Assembly (NCBI RefSeq): GCF_032444005.1
Contig: NC_091284.1
Coordinates: forward strand, 673,878,001-673,942,000
Reading direction: 5' to 3'
DNA: 64,000 nt
Source of the DNA: Ranitomeya imitator
Lineage: Eukaryota
A model generated the notes under the pieces. That model was not told the DNA's origin, searched no databases, and saw nothing but the letters and a program-made list of their open reading frames with translations. A program made the translations under genes and the position numbers. Each line of letters opens with the position of its first letter. Position 1 is the first letter of the stretch. Below are positions 13,610-26,690 of this stretch, in pieces.

Positions 13610-13710
13610 AAAAAAAAGTCTAGCACTCATCTTCAGCAAAAGTGGAATAGATTTATTTGTAGCACTTGAAACGTTTCAGTCCAAAGGGACTTTCATCAGT
13701 CATGTGCTAA
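13610..13710 (-). ncRNA. Penelope-like pseudo-LTR fragment with a minimal hammerhead ribozyme motif (13661..13708)
   Basis: Minus strand AGCACATGA-CTGATGA-A-AGTCC(CTTT)GGACT-GAAA-CGTT-TCAAGTGCT, then AATAAA and GAGTGCTAGACTTTTTTTT. Confidence 0.65.
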
Positions 13711-14338
13711 TGATAGCCAGTAGGGCTGTGTTCATGGGAAAAGAAACAGTACCCGATCAATGTACAAAGACGCCGCCACTCTAGGGCACAAAGGATAGGA
13801 GTAACATAACTTGGGCAGAGTGCTAATAGGGTGGGGCGATGACCACCTATAAAGTAAAACCTGCAGTCTGAGGATGATGGTAACAGGAGAAAAAGAGGCA
13901 CGACCTCCAGACACGGAATCCACAGCAAGTCTCTTTGATATAGAGAAACTGTCCTAAAGGGGTTGTCAGGTTACAACAGTTATCATCTATACAGAATCGA
14001 TGATGGCTTACTGATAGGTGGGTGCCCCACTGCTGGGTCTTAACACTGATTGACAGACTCCTGGACCTGCTGAAGCACAGGCCAGCATGAAATGGCTGTC
14101 TTATTTTGAAGGTGCTTACTCTCTACAGCCGGCTTTTATTATGTAAATAAAGATGTTGAATTTTACAGAACTGGTGAGTGCTATTATTTTTTTCTAAAGT
14201 ATATAATACATGATGCACATTCACTGAACTAAGATGATATTATGGGGTAAAAACAACAAAACTCCAATTTGAACATGTATTGTGGTGGAAATTCCATTCG
14301 CAAACAATTGTAGGTCACCCCCGGTCAATTACTGTAAA

Positions 14339-14994
14339 GGTACAGCTACACTAAACGACTTGCCAACGATCACGACCAGCGATACGACCTGGCCGTGATC
14401 ATTGGTAAGTCGCTGGGGAGCTGTCACACAGACAGCTCTCTCCAGCGACCAACGATCAGGGGAAAGACTTCGGCATCGTTGAAACTGTTTTCAACGATGC
14501 CGAAGTCCCCGGGTAACCAGTGTAAACATCGGGTTACTAAGTGCAGGGCGGCGCTTAGTAACCCAATATTTACCCTAATTACCATTGTAAAAGTTTAAAA
14601 AAAACAAAACACTACATACATTCTGATGTCTGTCACATCCCCCGCCGTCAGCTTCCCGCACTGACTGTCAGCGCCGGCTGCAAAGCAGAGCACAGCGGTG
14701 ACGTCACCGCTGTGCTCTGCTTTACAGCCGGTGCTGACAGTCAGTGCAGGGAAGCTGACGGCCCGATATTTACCCTGTTTACAAGTGAACACATCGCTGG
14801 ATCAATCCAGCGATGACAGCGGGTGATCAGCGACCAAAAAAAGGACCTGGTCATTCCCCAACGATCTCCCAGCAGGGGCCTGATCGTTGGTCGCTGTCAC
14901 ACATAACGAGATCGTTAGCGGGATCGTTGCTACTCCACAAAAAGCGTGACGTTACAACGATTTCGTTAACGAAATCGTTATGTGTGAAGGTACC
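14339..14994. mobile_element. Harbinger-type palindromic MITE (second copy of the 6660..7374 family)
   Basis: Right terminus TATGTGTGAAGGTACC identical to 7359-7374; shared internal motifs; central TGACGTCA at 14699-14706. Confidence 0.8.
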
Positions 14995-16389
14995 TTTACT
15001 GTGAACAGTTAAGCGAGCTGAAGATTACATGATCTGTAAAAGAGATAAAGATGACACATTTCCTTTGTATTTTAGGCAAACAAATATATATTTTTTGCAT
15101 TTTAACAATTACAAAAAGGGACAGAACAGAGATTCTGGAGGCGCTTCCATCTGACAGGTGGGATCCCAATTATAACATACCTCCAGCTATAAACTGGAAA
15201 GGTGGAAGGACTGCTTTTTGTGTGTCGAACTAGTTTATTCTAAAATGTTGCAGTCATCATGGATACCTGTCATACTGCACACTCCAGCTATATTCCACGT
15301 TGGCCTCCGTATGGGTCAATTATAGCACAATGGGCACTGTCACCGTCATGCATATAGGACACTGCTCTAAGCAGCACATGTTCCTCATCATAGAGACAGA
15401 CTGCTTTGGGGTGACCTGTGGGTAGGTCTTTCCTTGGTTTCTATGGCTTAGAGCAGGAAGGTAAGACTCTGCCTACAGTTCTGTCCCGGAGCACGGGCAT
15501 CTCATTAACCGGAAACTTTTGACCCTGATTACACAAGAACCATAAGATGGATTTCTTCACCCCAGGTATCGTTTTAATCAGTATAACATCTGCAACCTGA
15601 CAATGCCTTTAGTTTACTTTGCAAAATCCTGCTTCTTAGAAACTGAAACAACGGCATAGACTCCGGCTTAGTGTAATAAGGACTGAGTATAGAAAAGATC
15701 CATAATAAAAAAAATATATCTTGGAACAAAACGATTAAAAAGAGTGTCATACAGGGGACGCTGATTGGCAAACACTATCCCAGAATGAAGGATATTATAA
15801 TATAGATGGAGTAATTAAACATTGAGAACGTTGTGATCCCCCCATCCAAATGAACACATAGTAAACCTGGTATATTATATATGTAAAGCAAGGAGTCACT
15901 TAAGCAGATCAGAAAGGTGTTTGGTCAGTTAAATTTGCATCTGATCAAATATGAGGGCCATACTGTCCAGAGTCAAAAAAAAGTCCTATTGTTCCCATAT
16001 GACATTCCAGTGAAAACTAATAGCATGTGCATAAAGTATAGAGCTATGAAATGAGGGATTGTATTACAGCCTAGACAAATAGGTATACAATTGTATCAGT
16101 ATTATATCCCAATAGCCTCCCAAGTTAATGTTCACCATAAAAACCCCTCTAGACAGCAGGAATACCTTGTAAATATAGATGATGACAGCCTAGGATGGGA
16201 TGACCAGCTCGGCGATCCCACACCTCGACTCGCATTTCGCTGCCAGATTATTCCAAACATGGCCTTCATGGAAGAATCATCAGAAGAAAACCTCACCTAC
16301 GTCCTCACCATAAAATTCAGCGGCAGAAGTATGCAAAATAACATCAAAAGTCTGACACATTTTAGAAACAATTGTAAATGGACCTTTAC

Positions 16390-19300
16390 CCCTCAGGGTG
16401 GTTTGCATGTTAATGGCCAGGCCAATTTTTGCAGTTCTGACCACTGTCACTTTATGAGGCTATAACACTGGAACGCTTCAACGGATCCCGGTGATTCCGA
16501 GAATGTTTTCTGTGACATTGTACTTCATGATAGTGGTAAACTTTCTTCAGTATGACATGCGTTTATTTGTGAAAAAAATGGAAATTTGGCAAAAATTTGG
16601 AAAACTTCACAATTTTCAAACGTTGAACTTTCATGCCCTTAAATCTCATAGATATGTCACAAAATAGTTCATAAATAACATTTCCCACATGTCTACGTAC
16701 TTTACATCAGCACAATTTGGAACTGACTTTTTTGTTAGCGCGGTTTTGTTAGTGCGGTTTTTCATTTTTCCAATAAAATTTACAAACCATTTTTTTAGGG
16801 ACCACATCACATATGAAGTCACTTTGAAGGGTCTGTATGAAAGATGATACCCAAGAGTGACACTATTTAAAAAAACCACCCCTCAAAGTGCTCAGAACCA
16901 CATTCAAGATGTTTATTAACCCTTCAATTGCTTCACAAGAAAATTTTTATTTTTTAATTAACATTTAAGTGTTTTTCAAAAAAAAAAATTTGATTTCAGA
17001 TCCAATTTTTTATTTTTACAAGGTGACAGGAAAAAATGGACCCCAAAATTTGTTGTGTAATTTCTCCTGAGCATGCCGATACCTCATATGAGGGTGAGTA
17101 CCACTGTTTGGGAGCACGGCAGAGCTCGGAAGGGAAGGAGCGCCATTTGGCTTTTTGAATGCAAAATTTGCTGGAACGATTGGTGGACACCATGTTGTGT
17201 TTGGAGAACCTCTGATATGCCTAAACTGTGAAAATCCTGCAGAAGTGACACCATTTTGGAAACTAGACCTGTAAGGAAACTAGATATGTGGTGAGCATAT
17301 TGAACCCTTAAGTTTATAATGTTGAGCCATAAAAATAAAAAAATCAAATTACCCCACAAATATGTTTTTAGCACCAAATTTTGCATTTTCATAAGGGCAA
17401 TGGGAGAAATTACACCATGCCATTTGTTGTACAATTTCTCCTGAGTGCGCCGATACCCCATATGTGGGGGAATACTACTTTTGGGGCACACTACAATGCT
17501 CAGAAGGGAAGAGGTGCCATATTAGAGTTCAGATTTTGCTGGAATGGTTTGATGGTACCCTGAGGTGCCAGAACAACAGAAACCCCCTATATGTGAACTC
17601 ATTTTACAAACTACACTCCCCAATGAATTCATCTAGGGGTGCAGTGATCATATTGACACCACATGTGCCTCACAGAATTTGATACCACAGAGCAGTGAAG
17701 GAAGAGTAAATTACATTTTTCCCAGTAAAATGTTTTAGCCCCAAGTTTTTAATTTTTCTAAGGGTTAATAGGGAACTTTTTTTTTTTTTTACAACAAAAT
17801 GAGGTCCATTTTTTCCTGAGTGTGCCAACACCCTACATGTAATCGGAAAATATTTTTCAGGCACAGTGCAAAGCTCAGAAGGCAAGGAGCATCAGTGTCA
17901 CGATCAGCTGCGGCCGCCAATGCGGCCCAGCCCATAGACGCCCCCAAGCCGACCAACCTCAGAAGGCCTGGGGCACGCGTCCCCCGGGGATGCAATACGG
18001 ACCCTTTAAACCGCAGAGGGGGACCCGGACCCGAACTAGGGGGAGGGCAGAGACCGGGGTTCTGTGGCATCTGAGCATGTGGACAAGGAAAGAGACGTAG
18101 GACTTTTGATTACACCGATACTTCATGTATAGAGAAAGTAAAGTTTACTAAAGTAAAGTCACACAGTATATAAACAAAACAGTATATAAACAAAGCATTT
18201 GAAGTACACACCCTAACCCTGATAAAAGCAGGGGAGGTGTGGCCACGCACACACAGTGCAGGTTCTGAGGCTCAGGGCACCTGGCTGAGACTGCATGCAC
18301 TGACCCACGTGGAAAGTCATGCACCAACTGCAAATGACCTCGCAACCAGGGACCGCACACGAGGAAGGTATGCAGCAGGGCAAATACCTAAATGCCCATG
18401 TACGACTGCGCAGCAGAGCAGGGAGCTGAGAAATCTCCATTAAGGTAACAGCCAGCAGTATCCCAGCTCAAATTAGAGGGAAAAGAGTAAAGGGTTAAAG
18501 CAAACATGCATTGTCATGCCGAAAACCAGAGACAGACAGACCGGCATGACAATCAGATTTTACTGTTATGGTTTGCAGGTGCCATGACCCACTCGGAGAG
18601 CCCATGAGGTGTCAGAAGAGCAGAACCCCCCCATAATTGACCCTATTTCACAAACCACCTCTCAATTCATCCAGGGGTGCAGTGATCATATTGACACAAT
18701 GGTCGTGTCACAGAATTTTATACCATTGGGCAGTAAAGCGAAAATAACTACATTTTTACCTCCAAAATTTTATTTTAGGCCCACATTTCACACAAATGGG
18801 TAAAAGTGACACCAAAATTTGTCCCACAGTTTCTCCTAAACGTAGCAACACCCCATATGTGGCTGTACAATACTACTTAGCCATACGGAGAGACTTGGGA
18901 GGGACGGAGCACTATTTGCCTCCTGGAGCGCAGATTTTCCTAGAACAGTTTGTGGATTCCATATAAAGAGGCACTAATTGCTAGAAGAGCAGAATCCCCC
19001 CTCGAGTGATCCCATTTGTGAAACTATACCCCTTGGGGAATTTATCTACAGGTGTAGTGACAATTTTGACTATGGGTATTTTCCAGAAACAAGCAGCAAT
19101 GAATGTTGCCGAGTGAAGATTGCAAACTGCCGTTGTAGTGATCAGTACGTTATGCCCAGCCCGTGCTTCTGGAGGTATACACCCATAAGTTAGGCGGGCT
19201 CTCAGCGCTTCAGAAATGCCAAACGTGGGCACATTATGTGGTTTAGGTACACTGTGGGGCTCAGAAGGGAGGGGGGCATTTGGATTTGGGAGCGGAGAAT

Positions 19301-20070
19301 TTGCTGAATTTCTTTTGATGAGTGAGGAGCCATTTTGCTTTTCCAGAGCCTTTGTGCTACCAGTAACGTATAAGCCCCCTATATTTCCGTTAACAGATGA
19401 CAAACCCGAGTGAGGACTTGTGTTTTTTGTGGATTGAGTTGAAGCTTTTATTGGGAACATTTTACCTAATATTTGTGATCACATTTATCCGGTGCTCTAC
19501 GCTGACCACTTACTTTGGGGTTTCCTTTCCATCTAATTCTCTGAGTGACGTGATTTAGATAAACCACTGAAGGAGCCATTCACTATAATGAGGCAGCAGA
19601 GGTACTCTGGACTCCGTCTGGCTTCTGTTCAGCTGTGTCCTTCTTTTCACAAGTGCACAAAACTGTGGCCAACGGCACTTTTATGCAATCCTAAAAAGAC
19701 AGACACTGCCGGATCACAAGCCCTATGGCGTCCACAGTGCCTCCATCTGCCTCATTATAGGGAATCTTCATATAGAGGTTCTGTCTGAATCACGTATGTC
19801 AGAGATTTACACAGAAACCCCAGTGTAAGACCTCAACTCAGAGCACAGGATAAATGTGCGCTGAGCCTTACTGCAATCTTTGGGAGGCGGAATGAAAAAA
19901 TCAACACCAGCTGAAGAATTGGTTTTATTTATTTTTTACGCCGTTCCTCATGAAGTATATGTGATTAGGCCACTTTATTCTTCGGGTCGGTGCGATTACA
20001 GCGATACCAGATTTAAAGTTTTTATGTTTGGTTGCAGCCACACACTAAAAGATGCTTCTTTTTTTCCATT
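16390..20070. mobile_element. Degraded non-autonomous TTAA-type (piggyBac-like) element with internal ~400-bp repeated modules
   Basis: Recurring modules (AATTTCTCCTGAG..CCCCATATGT, GCTCAGAAGGGAAGGAGC, AGTGACMCCATTTT) near 17050, 17430, 17810 and 18830; shares sequence with 22522..28500. Boundaries approximate. Confidence 0.5.
17896..18551. mobile_element. Solo LTR (656 bp)
   Basis: TGTCA...TGACA termini with a perfect 5-bp TSD ATCAG (17891-17895, 18552-18556). Confidence 0.88.
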
Positions 20071-20074
20071 ATTC

Positions 20075-22330
20075 CCAAGCATGCGATAGATGGGAAGTGA
20101 CCTGCCCTGTAGAACAGAGAGATTGCCTTGGAAGGGAAGAAACACCAAGATATGGGGGTCAAGTCCACTAATTCATCTAGCATGGCGCCATCCGAAGATT
20201 TCTCACCACAGTAGTGGGTTATCCCTAACCTCCACTTGGACCTCGGCTTGTCGTAGGTGAAGCAGAGCAGGGAGACTAAAAGGTCTACCCATCACCTCAT
20301 CTATTGGACTATTGGTGAAGCTGGTGAAGGCATAGATCCAGTCTAGGGAGTGGCAGAAGACAGCCGCTATACTGTGTAGACATATATTAGGGAGATTAAG
20401 GCCACCTAAGGATTTAGTTTGTTGCAGCTTAAAAATACTAATTCTAGAGCCCCAATTTGAGCCCCAAATTAATTGACGGAAGACTTTTGTTAAAAGACTG
20501 TCATCAGCTTTAGATAATAGAACCGGCAACTTCTGTAAGGGAAAAAGTATTTTATGGAAAGAGATCATTTTAATCAGATGGGCCTCGCCCTCAAAGGACA
20601 GTTTAAGGGATTTCCAGGATTGTATTTCTTGTACAACTGCAGAAATGGGTTGAACATTCAGTTTATAGATTTCATGGGGGTTTAAGGGTAGGTAGACCCC
20701 CAAGATAACACAGGGAGTCTCTCCTCCACTGGAAGGGGAAAGGGAATGACCATCATTTCTGAGCAGCTTTGAAGATAGCTAGAGGATGAGATTTGTTGTA
20801 ATTTATGTGAAATCCCAAAACTGCTCCAAACTCTTTAAAGGCATTTATTATAGAAGGAATGGACTCCTTAGTGTTGGCTATCATGAGTAAAATATCAGCA
20901 ATTGCCAATGTTTTAAGCATATGGTGACCGATCCCAATACCCCCAAAGGAATGGATCATCTCCAGGTATCTCAGCTAAGGGTCCAGAGCAATATTAAATA
21001 ACAGGGGACATTCCTGCCTCGCACCCCTGAAGATGGAAAAAAACATTGACTGAATACCATTGAGCCAAATTGAAGATTGAGGGTTTTTGTAAATTGTCCT
21101 TACAAAGTTGAAAAAGGTAAAGCCAAACAATCTATACTTAAGGGTTCGGATGAGGTGAGACCAAGATACTCGATCAAAGGCTTTATCAGCATCAAGGCTG
21201 ACCAGTATATGCTGCTTAGCTTTAGCCTGGTAACTATGTGTAATGGCAGCCAATGCCATCCTAATATTATATGTGATAGCTCAACCATGGACAAAACCCA
21301 TTTGAGATGAGGTGAGAATATCAGGAAGTTAGACTGAAGTCTATTAGCCATGATTTTGGTAAGCAATTTAAAAATCAACGTTTAGGAGGGAGATCGGATG
21401 CTACGAGGAAGGGAAAAGCGGGTCCCTGTCTGGCTTTAGCAACAAAGATAAACAAGATTAAAAAGAGAAGTAAGGTGGGGAGTGAGTAAAGGTTGTAACA
21501 TTTTATAAAATTCAGTCGAACACCCATCTGGGCTAGGTGCTTTAAGCAACTTTGAAGTCTTGGTGACTGATCTTGCCTCCCCAGGAGAAATCGGCTGATT
21601 TAAAATTTCCCTTTGGGAAGCGGAAAGTTTTGGTGGATCAACCTTATGTAAAAATTTGTATCCATCCTCCCGGAAGTCTAGGGATGGCACATTAAGGTCT
21701 GCATAAAATCTCTAAAAACAGCACAGATTTGAGTCAGGTCACGGATGATAGAGCCATCGGGTAATGCAATATTAGAGACTCTAGTAGCCGCTTTGGATGG
21801 CTTTGTTAGGGATGCCAAAAGATGGCCCGGTTTATTACCCCACTGAAAATATTGATTGTGTTGATGAGCTAACTAATTGTATGCCTGTTCATGCAGTAGG
21901 TTGTTTAAGTTTTGTTTAGCTTTAATGTAAGCCTCTCTGAAGGAGGGAGTATTATGTAATTTAAACTGTCTATATGATTGAGTAAGCCGGTCTAAGAGAG
22001 TCCACAGGGAGGACAACAATTTATTTTTTTTCTGGGATACAAAGGAGATAATATGTCCCCTAAGCACCGTCTTAGCAGAATAAGTTGATATCTTCTAGGT
22101 GTTCCAGGTTATCCTCCACAAAAGTCTTCCACCAACCAGTCATATAGCGATTGAAGTCATCCGAAGTGTAAAGACATGAGGGAAAACGCCAACGAAAAGA
22201 TACAATTCTACTAGTGGGGAGTTCCAAAGTAAGTAAAACCGGAGTGTGTTAAGTGGATAACCATACATTAACTCTCAAGACCATATACTGCAAGAAATAT
22301 GGAAAATGTACATTCCACTAAGCAGGTGCG
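20075..22330 (-). pseudogene. Degraded L1-clade LINE ORF2 (RT region)
   Basis: Broken frames contain KAPSPDGCSTEFYK, VSLDADKAFDRVSW, RGARQECPLLFNIALDP and FGAVLGFHINYNKS; many stops and frameshifts. Confidence 0.85.
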
Positions 22331-22578
22331 ATTGACATGATGATGTGACTGCATTGTAGAGCACCAGGCGAATGGAAGCGAGGTTAGTATGTGTTGTTTT
22401 TTTTTTTCATGTGGGGGCTCAAACGCTATATGAGGTTATGTGGGGCTCATCCTGTTTATAGAGAGGAATTGTAAAGAGAAAAGTCCAGCTCACCTATGTT
22501 CTATTCAGCTTGTGGAGTTAACCCCTTAGTGACGGAGCCAAATTTTTTAAATCTGACCAGTGTCACTTTATGTGAGAA

Positions 22579-22915
22579 GGCTAGGTTCACATTGCGTTAG
22601 TGGGTATCCGCTAACGGAATCCGTTACATAGCGCCACTAACGCAATGTAACAGATCCGTTAGCGCACCCATTGACCGCAATGTATGTAACGCATCCCTAA
22701 CGCATGTCATTATTGGCATGCGTTAGTGATGCTCCGTTATTTTGTGACGGACCTCGAACGCTGCCTGCAGCGTTTTTGGGTCCGTTCTCACTAGCGCAGA
22801 TCGGGCATCTGCGCTAGCGCGATCGTATAACGCGATCCCTTTTTGGACATTAGATTAACGCAGTCCGTTAGCGTATGCGCTAAACGGACTGCACTAACGC
22901 AATGTGAACCTAGCC
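22579..22915. mobile_element. Harbinger-type MITE
   Basis: TIR GGCTAGGTTCACATTGCGTTAGTG / CACTAACGCAATGTGAACCTAGCC, followed by TAA. Confidence 0.88.
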
Positions 22916-23315
22916 TAAGGCCGGCATCACACTAAAGAGTTTTATGGATGTATGACGTATGAGAGGCGCAAAAACTACGCATTGCACACGGACGAATGAT
23001 TCTCTAAGGGGCAGCTCCTATCTGCCGTATATTTCTCAGCTGTATTTTACGGGCGTTGAAAATCGCAGCATGCTGCGTTTGTCAGCGTATTGCGCAAAAA
23101 ATCCGCCAATTAAAGTCTATGGGGGCGAGAAAAATACGGATTACACACGGACTAACAGTGTGACTTGCGAGAAATAAGCAGCGGTGTTCTATAGAAAAGC
23201 CGGCAATTCAGTGCGGTGTACAGTAAAATCACACTGACAGGTTAGAATAGAATAGCTAAAATAAATGTCTACACATAGAATAGGTATATATATATGTCAG
23301 TGAGACACATATATA

Positions 23316-24923
23316 CAGTGGGGCAAAAAAGTATTTAGTCAGTCAGCAATAGTGCAAGTTCCACCACTTAAAAAGATGAGAGGCGTCTGTAATTTATATC
23401 ATAGGTAGACCTCAACTATAGGAGACAAACTGAGAAAAAAAAAATCCAGAAAATCACATTGTCTGTTTTTTTTAACATTTTATTTGCATATTATGGTGGA
23501 ATATAAGTATTTGGTCAGAAACAAAATTTCATCTCAATACTTTGTAATATATCCTTTGTTGGCAGTGACAGAGGTCAAACGTTTTCTGTAAGTCTTCACA
23601 AGGTTGCCACACACTGTTGTTGGTATGTTGGCCCATTCCTCCATGCAGATCTCCTCTAGAGCAGTGATGTTTTTGGCTTTTCGCTTGGCAACACGGACTT
23701 TCAACTCCCTCCAAAGGTTTTCAATAGGGTTGAGATCTGGAGACTGGCTAGGCCACTCCAGGACCTTGAAATGCTTCTTACGAAGCCACTCCTTCGTTGC
23801 CCTGGCGGTGTGCTCTGGATCATTGTCATGTTGAAAGACCCAGCCACGTTTCATCTTCAATGCCCTTGCTGATGGAAGGAGGTTTGCACTCAAAATCTCA
23901 CGATACATGGCCCCATTCATTCTTTCATGTACCCGTATCAGTCGTCCTGGCCCCTTTGCAGAGAAACAGCCCCAAAGCATGATGTTTCCATCACCATGCT
24001 TTACAGTAGGTATGGTGTTTGATGGATGCAACTCAGTATTCTTTTTCCTCCAAACACGACAAGTTGTGTTTCTACCAAACAGTTCCAGTTTGGTTTCATC
24101 AGACCATAGGACATTCTCCCAAAACTCCTCTGGATCATCCAAATGCTCTCTAGCAAACTTCAGACGGGCCCGGACATGTACTGGCTTAAGCAGTGGGACA
24201 CGTCTGGCACTGCAGCATCTGAGTCCATGGTGGCGTAGTGTGTTACTTATGGTAGGCCTTGTTACATTGGTCCCAGCTCTCTGCAGTTCATTCACTAGGT
24301 CCCCCCGCGTGGTTCTGGGATTTTTGCTCACCGTTCTTGTGATCATTCTGACCCCACGGGGTGGGATTTTGCGTGGAGCCCCAGATCGAGGGAGATTATC
24401 AGTGGTCTTGTATGTCTTCCATTTTCTAATTATTGCTCCCACTGTTGATTTCTTCACTCCAAGCTGGTTGGCTATTGCAGATTCAGTCTTCCCAGCCTGG
24501 TGCAGGGCTACAATTTTGTTTCTGGTGTCCTTTGACAGCTCTTTGGTCTTCACCATAGTGGAGTTTGGAGTCAGACTGTTTGAGGGTGTGCACAGGTGTC
24601 TTTTTATACTGATAACAAGTTTAAACAGGTGCCATTACTACAGGTAATGAGTGGAGGAAAGAGGAGACTCTTAAAGAAGAAGTTACAGGTCTGTGAGAGC
24701 CAGAAATCTTGATTGTTTGTTTCTGACCAAATACTTATTTTCCACCATAATATGCAAATAAAATGTGAAAAAAACAGACAATGTGATTTTCTGGATTTTT
24801 TTTTCTCAGTTTGTCTCCCATAGTTGAGGTCTACCTATGATGTAAATTACAGACGCCTCTCATCTTTTTAAGTGGTGGAACTTGCACTATTGCTGACTGA
24901 CTAAATACTTTTTTGCCCCACTG
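23316..24923 (-). mobile_element. Full-length IR/DR-type Tc1 transposon (1.6 kb)
   Basis: ~208-bp TIRs starting CAGTGGGGCAAAAAAGTATTTAGTCAG, with outer/inner direct repeats AGTATTTRGTCAG; left TA intact, right flank GA. Confidence 0.95.
23534..24556 (-). CDS. Tc1 DD34E transposase, open 340-aa ORF
   Basis: Paired-like HTH N-terminus with GRP-like SGAPRK; [15 protein letters not shown] and [11 protein letters not shown], with 34 residues between the second D and E. Confidence 0.93.
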   Translation of the reverse strand: MVKTKELSKDTRNKIVALHQAGKTESAIANQLGVKKSTVGAIIRKWKTYKTTDNLPRSGAPRKIPPRGVRMITRTVSKNPRTTRGDLVNELQRAGTNVTRPTISNTLRHHGLRCCSARRVPLLKPVHVRARLKFAREHLDDPEEFWENVLWSDETKLELFGRNTTCRVWRKKNTELHPSNTIPTVKHGDGNIMLWGCFSAKGPGRLIRVHERMNGAMYREILSANLLPSARALKMKRGWVFQHDNDPEHTARATKEWLRKKHFKVLEWPSQSPDLNPIENLWRELKVRVAKRKAKNITALEEICMEEWANIPTTVCGNLVKTYRKRLTSVTANKGYITKY

Positions 24924-24939
24924 GAAAAAAAAAATAATA

Positions 24940-24979
<40 letters not shown>

Positions 24980-26690
24980 CTAGCTATTGAACCCGTTCTA
25001 CGCCCGGGTGGCGAGCATTTATATTGGTATATTGTCTCCATCATGGTATGTGCTGCTCCATCCTGCGTCCCCATCCTGTCATGCGCTGCTCCATCCTGCG
25101 TCCCCATCCTGTCATGTGCTGCTCCATCCTGCGTCCCCATCCTGTCATGCGCTGCTCCATCCTGCGTTCCCTTTCCTGTCATGCGCTGCTCCCATCCTGC
25201 GTCCCCATCCTGTCATGCGCTGCTCCCATCCTGCGTCCCCATCCTGTGATGCGCTGCTCCCATCCTGTGATGCGCTGCTCCCATCCTGCGTCCCCATCCT
25301 GTGATGCGCTGCTCCATCCTGCGTCCCCATCCTGTCATGCACTGCTCCATCATGCGTCCCCATCCTGTCATGCGCTGCTGCATCCTGCGTCCCCATCCTT
25401 ATGTGCTGCTGCATCCTGCGTCCCCATCCTGTCATGCGCTGCTGCATCCTGCGTCCCCATCCTTATGTGCTGCTGCATCCTGCGTCCCCATCCTTATGTG
25501 CTGCTCCATCCTGCGTCCCCATCCTTATGTGCTGCTCCATCCTGCGTCCCCATCCTTATGTGCTGCTGCATCCTGCGTCCCCATCCTTATGTGCTGCTGC
25601 ATCCTGCGTCCCCATCCTTATGTGCTGCTCCATCCTGTGTCCCCATTTTTATGTGCTGCTCCATCCTGCGTCCCCATCCTTATGTGCTGCTGCATCCTGT
25701 GTCCCCATCCTTATGTGCTGCTCCATCCTGCGTCCCCATCCTTATGTGCTGCTGCATCCTGCGTCCCCATCCTTATGTGCTGCTCCATCCTGTGTCCCCA
25801 TCCTTATGTGCTGCTGCATCCTGCGTCCCCATCCTTATGTGCTGCTCCATCCTGTGTCCCCATTTTTATGTGCTGCTCCATCCTGCGTCCCCATCCTTAT
25901 GTGCTGCTGCATCCTGCGTCCCCATCCTTATGTGCTGCTCCATCCTGCGTCCCCATCCTTATGTGCTGCTGCATCCTGCGTCCCCATCCTTATGTGCTGC
26001 TCCATCCTGCGTCCCCATCCTTATGTGCTGCTGCATCCTGCGTCCCCATCCTTATGTGCTGCTCCATCCTGCGTCCCCATCCTTATGTGCTGCTCCATCC
26101 TGCGTCCCCATCCTTATGTGCTGCTCCATCCTGCGTCCCCATCCTTATGTGCTGCTGCATCCTGCGTCCCCATCCTTATGTGCTGCTCCATCCTGCGTCC
26201 CCATACTGCCTCTGACCCGCTCGGCGCCGAGTGCTGGGGGGCCTGAGCAGGCGGGGACACCGGCGCGCTGTGGGGGTCAGGTGCCGGTATCGCCGCCAGC
26301 TCAGGCCCCCCAGCACTTACTATACTCACCTGTCCGGCGTTCCATCGCTGCGCGCCGCCATCTTCCCGGTCTCCTGGCTGTGACTGTTCAGTCAGAGGGC
26401 GGCGCCGGCGCGCATTAAGCACGTCATCGCGCCCTCTGAACTGAAGGCCACAGACCGAAGACCGGGAAGATGGCGCCGCTCAGCGACGGAACGGGGACAG
26501 GTGAATATGGCCGATACTCACCCTCCTGGCGGTCCCTGCTTCTGCGGTGGAGATCGCGGTGTGTGTTCAGTGTGAACGCACACCGCGATCTCCCGGGAGC
26601 GTCGCTCTGTGAGGCCCAGACTGCGCCGGCGCTTGCGCTTGCGCAGTCTATAGAGGCTTCGGACAGAGTGACGCTCCCAGCGTTATATTA
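24980..26690 (-). mobile_element. Non-autonomous Helitron-like element with internal minisatellite
   Basis: Minus-strand 3' end ACCCG-GGCGTAGAA-CGGGT hairpin, 7 nt, then CTAG|T; inserted in a (TA)n tract with no TSD; 5' end merges into (TA)n near 26690. Confidence 0.65.
25050..26205. repeat. Minisatellite with 33-bp units switching to 31-bp units
   Basis: CCATCCTGCGTCCCCATCCTGTCATGCGCTGCT (33 bp), then CCATCCTGCGTCCCCATCCTTATGTGCTGCT (31 bp). Confidence 0.95.

Noticed and set aside
15240-16390. Possible degraded LINE ORF1/endonuclease remnant
   Set aside because: No diagnostic motif could be read confidently; left unannotated.
25024-26418. 464-, 304- and 281-aa Cys/Pro/His-rich ORFs
   Set aside because: Translations of the 31/33-bp minisatellite, which lacks stop codons; not genes.
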